NCBI GenBank assembly: GCA_002686115.1
Contig: NZAF01000182.1
Location: 1-45,227, forward strand
Direction: 5' to 3'
DNA from: Halobacteriovorax sp.
GTDB lineage: Bacteria; Bdellovibrionota; Bacteriovoracia; Bacteriovoracales; Bacteriovoracaceae
Length of the DNA stretch: 45,227 nt
Shown here: positions 39,176 through 45,227 of the stretch, piece after piece
How positions within the stretch are numbered: position 1 is the first letter of the stretch
Layout: the number at the start of each line of letters is the position of its first letter
The notes under the pieces: generated by a model
Told to the model about the DNA's origin: nothing
The model's input: only the letters and a program-made list of their open reading frames with translations
Databases searched by the model: none
Program-made: the position numbers and the translations under genes

Positions 39176-40329
39176 TAATTTTTTTTGTTGTACATTTTGT
39201 AAATTCCTTTTCATATACTAGATTTTTTTAAAGGCGGTAAATTATTTGCTTGTCTTTTTTGAGCTAATTTACGTTTCTTCCAAATACGTTTAAAATTGAT
39301 AGGTGTATTATACCTAGTAAAAAAATGTTTATCAATATCAAATTTTTCTTCAAAACGTAAGTTACTATGTTTAATAACACCACGAAAGCGTTGTATAAAA
39401 CCACGGGCATAAACAGCATTTGCATTTAATCTAACTAAAGATTTTAAATTTAAATGACGTGATTTAACACTATCTACATTTTCGTAAACATTTTTTGAAA
39501 TATTTAAATTAGACTTAGTATTATCTAAATCGATACTTCCTGTATTTTTTTCAATACCACTAATATTTTTAATATAATTATCTAAATAGTAGAAAAACTT
39601 ACGCTTATTATATTTTTTATAAATACCACTTAAACTATTATCACTTTGTAAAACCATTTCTTTGTTACGAAGAGATTTAAAACCATTAAAATGACTAAAC
39701 AAATCATCACGTATAAAAGAATAATTAGAAACGGTTAAACCTTTTTCTACATAAAACTTTAAATAATTAAAAAAGAAAAATAATGACTTAATTGAGTTAT
39801 TTGCAGGAATAGGCATCATTACTTTTTTCATTAATAAATCTGGATGTTCCCTAGAATCTACTAAAGCAACAACAGGAATACGTAAGAAATAAGCTTCATC
39901 TAAAAAGTTTTTACTACCAGAAAAATCCGATAAAAAAACTAAAGAAGGTAATTGCCTTAAATTTAGAAATTTAAAGTTAATAAAATTCGTAAAAGCACCA
40001 TCAATCCAATCATCAGTGAAAACACGAACAACATTTGAAAAAGGTCTTAAATTAAAAATTTTGCTTAAATAATAAACTTCTTTTTCCATACTTCTATTCA
40101 TAACTAATATAGTACCACCATTTTTAACAATATGAACAATAATAGGACCTAAACGTTCTAATCTTTTCAATAATTCTTGTATATTTAAAATATCCCAAGA
40201 ACTTCCTCTTGAACCCAAAATAAAATTTTGCAACCAGACTGCTCTATTTTGTACACGGTTTCCTAAATGTAAACCTAAATCAATAAAATAATTAATATTT
40301 AAAACTTGATTAATTTCTTTTTTTAACAT
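39175..40329 (-). CDS. rps2: Ribosomal protein S2 with long C-terminal extension
   Basis: GLHLG, WIDGAFTN, LPSLVF, EAYFLRIPVVALVDS, IPANN. TGA 39211 reads through to TAA 39175-39177. Confidence 0.9.
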
Positions 40330-40340
40330 AAATTAAACTT

Positions 40341-40387
40341 ACTACACTATAAAATGTATATAAAATACATTATAACTACACTATAAA
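40341..40387. repeat. 13-bp direct repeat ACTACACTATAAA flanking a short hairpin, upstream of rps2
   Basis: Copies at 40341-40353 and 40375-40387. Confidence 0.6.
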
Positions 40388-40420
40388 TGCGTAAAATAGT
40401 TATATTTTACCATTTACTAC

Positions 40421-40503
40421 TACCTTCTGATGGACTCGAACCATCAGCCTCAATAGAGGACAGATTTTAAGTCTGTTGTGTTTACCAATTTCACCAAGAA
40501 GGC
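40421..40503 (-). tRNA. trnL: tRNA-Leu(UAA)
   Basis: ACAGA-CTTAAAA-TCTGT arm, long variable arm. Confidence 0.94.
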
Positions 40504-40544
40504 TTTTTTTGTTTTTTTATTTACAAAAAAGTAAATTTCCTCTA

Positions 40545-41135
40545 TTAATTAAAGGAATAAAAAGATAATATTTTTTGGTTTAAAAAATTAAATTTTTTGT
40601 TTACTTTAAAATTCACAAAAATATTTAAATTTAATGATAAACTTCTAGTTGAATAAAAAATACTTTGAAATAAATTATATACATGATACATAAAATCATT
40701 ATTAGGAAAATAAAAAAAACCAATATTAAAAATTTCATAAATACATAAAAAAAACTTCGAAGTAGATAAAACCATAACACTTTGGTTTTTTTTACCAACA
40801 GGAGAATTATTTTTTTTTAACTTTACAACCTTATTTAAATACTTAAATAACAAATTTATAATTAAAAAAAAGAAAAAAAAATCATTATTTTTTTTCTTTA
40901 CTTTAATTTCGAAGAATAAATTTGAATAATTAACTTTAAAACTTACTTTTTGGTTTAAAAAAAAACATTTAAAAAAAAATGCTAAAAATGTTAATATAAA
41001 ACTAAACTCTTTTCTACTTACTCTAAAAGAAAACTTAACACTACCAACTTTAGGTAACTCTAAATAATTTGTAAAAAAACCTCAATTGTGTAATAGAGGC
41101 CATATAATATTTCTTTCATATAAAGTAAATAACAT
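40545..41135 (-). CDS. rpl5: Probable highly divergent ribosomal protein L5 (196 aa)
   Basis: ATG 41135, TGA 41082. N-terminus LYERNIIWPLLHNWGFFTNYLELPKVGSVKFSF resembles uL5. Lies directly after rpl14, as in the spc operon. Confidence 0.65.
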
Positions 41136-41147
41136 AAAACAACTAAT

Positions 41148-41519
41148 TTAAAAAATAACCTTTGCTAAAAATAAAATTTTAGATATATTTTTTTCACGTA
41201 ACTCTAAAGCAACAGGGCCTTTAACAGCTTTACCTAGCATTTTATCTTTATTATCTAATAAAACAACACGGTTTTCACCAGCTCTAACAAAGAAACCTGT
41301 TTTTCGCCTAACCCATTTTTTTAACGAAACAATAATACCTAAAAAAACTTTTCTAGAAGATTTTTTTTTATAACCTTTATAATCCGCAATACTAACAACC
41401 GCAATATTACCTAAAGTACCTTTACTATTATTAGAATAACCATTTAAAAATTTCAAACATTTTACCGTACGAATACCGCTATTATCTGCAACTTTAACCT
41501 TACTTTCTAAAAATAACAT
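41148..41519 (-). CDS. rpl14: Ribosomal protein L14
   Basis: MLFLESKVKVADNSG, ENRVVLL, GPVALELR. Confidence 0.95.
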   Translation of the reverse strand: MLFLESKVKVADNSGIRTVKCLKFLNGYSNNSKGTLGNIAVVSIADYKGYKKKSSRKVFLGIIVSLKKWVRRKTGFFVRAGENRVVLLDNKDKMLGKAVKGPVALELREKNISKILFLAKVIF

Positions 41520-41589
41520 ATTATAAATTAAATAAAATACAAAACACAATAGTATAAAAAACTTAATAAATTAATCTATACTATGGAAA

Positions 41590-41664
41590 TCGGGACGATA
41601 TGATTCGAACATATGACCTTCTGTTCCCAAAACAGACGCGCTAGCCAAACTACGCCACGCCCCG
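41590..41664 (-). tRNA. trnP: tRNA-Pro(UGG)
   Basis: Acceptor CGGGGCG/CGTCCCG, loop TTTGGGA. Confidence 0.94.
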
Positions 41665-41680
41665 GATAAAATTTTAAACT

Positions 41681-41753
41681 CTCTTTAGACTGGATTCGAA
41701 CCAATGTAACCATGGTTAACAGCCATGTGCTTTAACCCCTAAGCTACTAAAGA
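41681..41753 (-). tRNA. trnN: tRNA-Asn(GUU)
   Basis: CATGG-CTGTTAA-CCATG arm. Confidence 0.94.
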
Positions 41754-41789
41754 TGAAATTTAAGAAGTTCATTCATTAAAAAAAATAAT

Positions 41790-42386
41790 TTACCAACGAA
41801 ACCTAGTACCAATATGTTTAATACCTTCCTCAGTTTCGTTATAATATTTTTTTAACCCATTATTATATAACTTAGTACGTTTTAAAAAAAACAATGAAAA
41901 AAATAGCTCACTAAATAACTTCGATTGTAAGTCACTTTCCCAATCCCATTTTGCTTTTAAAACATTACTAAACAATTTTACAGTACGAAGTAAAAAAATA
42001 TCTTCATCCATAATACTTTGTGGAATTTTATATACCTGACCAGCTTTTCTAACTTTTTGAAACTCTACAGTAACTAAAAAGAAAAAAAGAATATAAAAAT
42101 ATACAATCACTGGGTGTACTCTTAAAATTAGTTTTAAATTTTTAAACGCACGGTGTACATATTTTTGAACTTTGTAATTCTTACCACCATGCATTAAATG
42201 TTTAACTAATTTTTCAACTAAATATAAATCATACACATAATTAGTATTATTTTTAGAAAATTCTTTACCTGAAATGCTAACTACGATCTCTTTTCATAAC
42301 TTAGTACCTACAATAAAATTTGATTTTTTCTTATTTACACAGTTATACTTGCTTAATATCTTGTTTTTAATTTGACTTTTTTCCAT
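41790..42386 (-). CDS. rps7: Ribosomal protein S7 (first ATG 42386 via TGA 42294; start uncertain)
   Basis: LVEKLVKHLMHGGK, VRKAGQVYKIP, C-terminal FRW. Follows rps12. Confidence 0.88.
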
Positions 42387-42763
42387 TTATTAATATCTTG
42401 CTTACGACCATATTTTGATCTTGATGACATTCTTTTCTCAACAGGCCCTAAATCATACTTATTCCTAACAGCTTTATATTGTACAGGCAAATCTTGAACA
42501 CGACCTCCACGAATTAAAATATTCGAATAAATCTGCAATGTATGCCCCCCTTCACCAGGAATATAAACCCAAGCACGCTTATTCGTACTTAAAATTTGAG
42601 CACGTACAACTTTTCTTTTTGCTGAATTTGGTTTATTAGGTGCCATAACACTAATACGAATACAAATACCCTTTTTTTGAGGGTTACCTTCTAATAATTT
42701 ACGTTTAACGAATGTACGTCTTAATTTCCTTGAATTACTTAACAATTGATTTTTTGTTGGCAT
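42353..42763 (-). CDS. rps12: Ribosomal protein S12
   Basis: MPTKNQL, PQKKGIC, KPNSA, YIPGEG, RGGRVQDLP, RSKYG. Confidence 0.97.
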   Translation of the reverse strand: MPTKNQLLSNSRKLRRTFVKRKLLEGNPQKKGICIRISVMAPNKPNSAKRKVVRAQILSTNKRAWVYIPGEGGHTLQIYSNILIRGGRVQDLPVQYKAVRNKYDLGPVEKRMSSRSKYGRKQDINKWKKVKLKTRY

Positions 42764-42808
42764 TATTTAATTTTTAATTATTATAAAAATACAAAAACAA
42801 AACCTATC

Positions 42809-42897
42809 CAGAGGAAATGGGATTCGAACCCATGATATTTTAAATTAAATATATTGATTTAGCAAACCAACACCTTCAGCCACTCAGTCATTCCTCC
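42809..42897 (-). tRNA. trnS: tRNA-Ser(GCU)
   Basis: TTGGT-TTGCTAA-ATCAA arm, long variable arm. Confidence 0.93.
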
Positions 42898-42918
42898 TAT
42901 AGTTATAGCAGTTTAAAC

Positions 42919-43467
42919 TTAAGCATTTTTACCTTTACCCTCTTTTAAAGTAATTTCTTCACCAAAAAAAAAGATACCTTTACCTTTATAAACATCTTTT
43001 TTTTTTAAAGAACAAACCTTAGATGCGGTAGATAAAACTAAATCACGGTCATTACCAAATAAAAGGAAAACACTTCCTTTATCATCTAATACACGACCAA
43101 TTATACCTTCTGGTAAATTATACTTAACTTGATGACTAAAACCTAAATTAAACATAAGTTGGCCTAAACTATATTGAACTTTAGTACCCACACCCCTAAC
43201 TTCTAATATTACAAAAAAACCATAATCTACATCACTAAATGAATTTAAAATTTTAGTTTTATAGGTTTGTAATAAAGATTTTGTTTCTTTTGTAAAAGTA
43301 TAAGGCTCTAATAAAACACGATCTGGACTTACCTTCATAACAACCTCTTTTCTAAAGTAACTTTTAATATTACCATAAATACCCGAAACTTTAACTTTAT
43401 AATAATCTTTACTAATATCTTTAATAGATAACTTATTTTTTAAATTTGATTTTTCAATAGTAATCAT
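42919..43467 (-). CDS. rpl6: Ribosomal protein L6
   Basis: LEVRGVG, LGFSH, DVYKGKGI, LKEGK. Confidence 0.94.
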   Translation of the reverse strand: MITIEKSNLKNKLSIKDISKDYYKVKVSGIYGNIKSYFRKEVVMKVSPDRVLLEPYTFTKETKSLLQTYKTKILNSFSDVDYGFFVILEVRGVGTKVQYSLGQLMFNLGFSHQVKYNLPEGIIGRVLDDKGSVFLLFGNDRDLVLSTASKVCSLKKKDVYKGKGIFFFGEEITLKEGKGKNA

Positions 43468-43474
43468 GTTTAAA

Positions 43475-43897
43475 TTAATAACATTTTACAGTAAATAATA
43501 ACTTACCACCAATACTATGCTTTAAAGCATCCTTGTGTGTCATTATACCTTTACTTGTAGATAAAATAAAAATTGATGATTTTTCACCCTCTTTTACTAA
43601 ATAATTTCTATAAAAATTTTTACCTTTTAAGTCTTTATAACTTAAATGAACTTCAAAAGGACGCTTATAAAATATTTTAAAATTTTTAATTACAGGCTCA
43701 CCCATACTATTATACTTTAAAATAATATAAATATAACCATCTTTTTCAAAAAAACCACTAATAAAGCCTTCTTTTAAAAAACACTCTAACAAACTAACCA
43801 ATAACTGATTTTTTTTATATTTTACTAAAATATTCCTATTTTGAATACTAATTTTAAAAAAACTTACTATTTTTGTTAACTTAAAATTTAAACTCAT
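43475..43897 (-). CDS. rps8: Ribosomal protein S8
   Basis: LKEGFI, ILSTSKGIMTH, IGGKLL. Confidence 0.94.
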   Translation of the reverse strand: MSLNFKLTKIVSFFKISIQNRNILVKYKKNQLLVSLLECFLKEGFISGFFEKDGYIYIILKYNSMGEPVIKNFKIFYKRPFEVHLSYKDLKGKNFYRNYLVKEGEKSSIFILSTSKGIMTHKDALKHSIGGKLLFTVKCY

Positions 43898-43903
43898 TTT
43901 AAC

Positions 43904-44197
43904 TTAAAATTTTCTTAAACCAGGAATTCAACCCTGTAAACCATAATGTTTTAACATAATACGAGATAATCTAAATTTAGTAAAAACACCTCTACCACGA
44001 CCAGTTAAAATACAACGGTTACGAATACGGACCAAAGAACTATCTCGTGGAATTCGCTTTAATAAATATTGAATAAAATTCTTTTCATATTCTTTTAAAC
44101 CATCACTATACAATAAAGATTTTAATATTAATCTACGCATTTCATACTTTTTATATAAATTACGACGCTTTTTATCTCTTTCTAATACACTCTTCAT
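43904..44197 (-). CDS. rps14: Ribosomal protein S14
   Basis: RDKKRR, RIRNRCILTGRGRG, FRLSR. TGA 43928 read-through gives GWIPGLRKF*. Confidence 0.95.
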
Positions 44198-44288
44198 ATT
44201 TAATTAATAAATTTAGACAATGTAAAATAAATTTTAAAGGTACACTAAAAAAAATTATTAGGTTTTTTAGTGTAAATCCTTCCAATAC

Positions 44289-44364
44289 TGGAGATAACCG
44301 GACTTGAACCGACAACCTTATGTACGCAAAACACACGCTCTACCAAAAATTGAGCTATATCCCC
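44289..44364 (-). tRNA. trnA: tRNA-Ala(UGC)
   Basis: G3.U70 identity pair, loop TTTGCGT. Confidence 0.93.
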
Positions 44365-44372
44365 TATCAAAA

Positions 44373-44445
44373 TGAGTGCATTGGGATTCGAACCCAAGAC
44401 AAATGGATTAAAAGTCCACTACTCTACCAACTGAGTTATACACCC
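44373..44445 (-). tRNA. trnK: tRNA-Lys(UUU)
   Basis: GTGGA-CTTTTAA-TCCAT arm. Confidence 0.94.
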
Positions 44446-44469
44446 CAACATAAAACTAAAAATTTAAAG

Positions 44470-45227
44470 CTATACAGATAGTATAGCAATAAAAAATAAA
44501 ATAAATACAGTAAATAAAACCATAAATTGTACATAGAATTTTAAATTACCACGCATATAATTTGTCTTCATAAAAAATGATGACTCATATCCTAATAACG
44601 ATAAACCATAAGGGCCAAAAAATTCAATAACACCTTTATCCATTAATTTAAATGTTACATTATAACCAAATTTTAATAAAGGATAACCTATAAATAAATT
44701 ATAAACTGTATCAAAAAACCACTTTTTATTATAAAATTTATATAAAAAATGATGAACTTTCACAATATTTAAATTTTTACTATCATAAGCATTAAACCAA
44801 AAAGATTCTAGTTTTAATAAGAATGAGTAAAAAAAGAAACAAAGGAAAATACCACTGAAACTAAAAACTAAAGGAATTAGTTTAATATGGTAAGGAATAA
44901 ACTCAGCATCAATAAAAATTAAATTTTTAGGATGCACAAAAATTGAGTTTAAAAAAGCATCACTACCTAAACCTAAAAATAAGTCTTTCGCTAAGTAACC
45001 TACAAAAATACTACCAAACACTAAAACCATTAAAGGTAAGATCATAACCCAACTAGATTCATGCACATTTTTCATAACAGATTTATACGCATTATTTTCA
45101 CTTAAAAAAGTTAAATAAAGTAACCTAAATGAGTAAAAAGCAGTAAAGCCTGCTGTTAAAGTACCTAACCAATATGAAAATAAACTTGAAACACTATAAT
45201 GAGTGTAAGCAATTTCTAAAATAACAT
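44470..45227 (-). CDS. nad5: NADH dehydrogenase subunit 5, 3' part (continuation of 1-1321)
   Basis: TAFYSFRL across the join, HESSWVMILPL, NKKWFFD, DKGVIEFFGP. Stop TAG 44470-44472. Confidence 0.96.
   Translation of the reverse strand, partial: VILEIAYTHYSVSSLFSYWLGTLTAGFTAFYSFRLLYLTFLSENNAYKSVMKNVHESSWVMILPLMVLVFGSIFVGYLAKDLFLGLGSDAFLNSIFVHPKNLIFIDAEFIPYHIKLIPLVFSFSGIFLCFFFYSFLLKLESFWFNAYDSKNLNIVKVHHFLYKFYNKKWFFDTVYNLFIGYPLLKFGYNVTFKLMDKGVIEFFGPYGLSLLGYESSFFMKTNYMRGNLKFYVQFMVLFTVFILFFIAILSV
45129..45227. repeat. Terminal overlap, copy 2
   Basis: Identical to 1-99. Confidence 0.97.

Noticed and set aside
39211-39214. ATGA overlaps (rps2/rps4, and rps3/rpl16 at 35510) as evidence that TGA is sometimes a stop
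   Set aside because: rps3 needs the Trp (GIKVWI), and rps2 read-through ends in a TAATG coupling with an rps4 ATG, so no TGA stop is required.
45129-45227. 99-bp direct terminal repeat as a biological telomere or LTR
   Set aside because: It falls inside nad5, which reads in frame once the overlap is collapsed. This is typical assembler overlap of a circular contig.

Overview
This window is a complete, circular-mapping, AT-rich mitochondrial genome of a protist whose lineage I cannot fix from the sequence alone. It is 45,128 bp: positions 45129-45227 repeat positions 1-99, and nad5 reads in frame across the join. TGA is read as Trp (code 4) but rarely, so the supplied ORF track breaks many genes. 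Almost everything lies on the minus strand; only tatC, trnC and trnL(UAG) are on plus. Content: nad1-7, nad4L, nad9, cob, cox1-3, atp1/6/8/9, tatC, rps2/3/4/7/8/10/11/12/14, rpl6/14/16, probable rpl5 and rpl10, rns, rnl and 20 tRNAs (none for Arg, Gly, Thr, Val). I see no introns. The standout feature appears once TGA is read as Trp: seven track ORFs between 1772 and 11263 merge into one uninterrupted 3,163-aa frame. It starts with an Rps10 domain, continues through about 2,870 aa with no homolog I recognise, and ends in the N-terminal part of Cox2. A -1 shift at an in-frame A_AAA_AAG heptamer would extend it into Cox2 helix 2 and the WYWSYEY motif (about 3,305 aa, 22% of the genome). The CuA domain of Cox2 is a separate gene at 27241-27810 with its own hydrophobic leader. 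The only Trp tRNA has a CCA anticodon, and several respiratory subunits carry long extensions.
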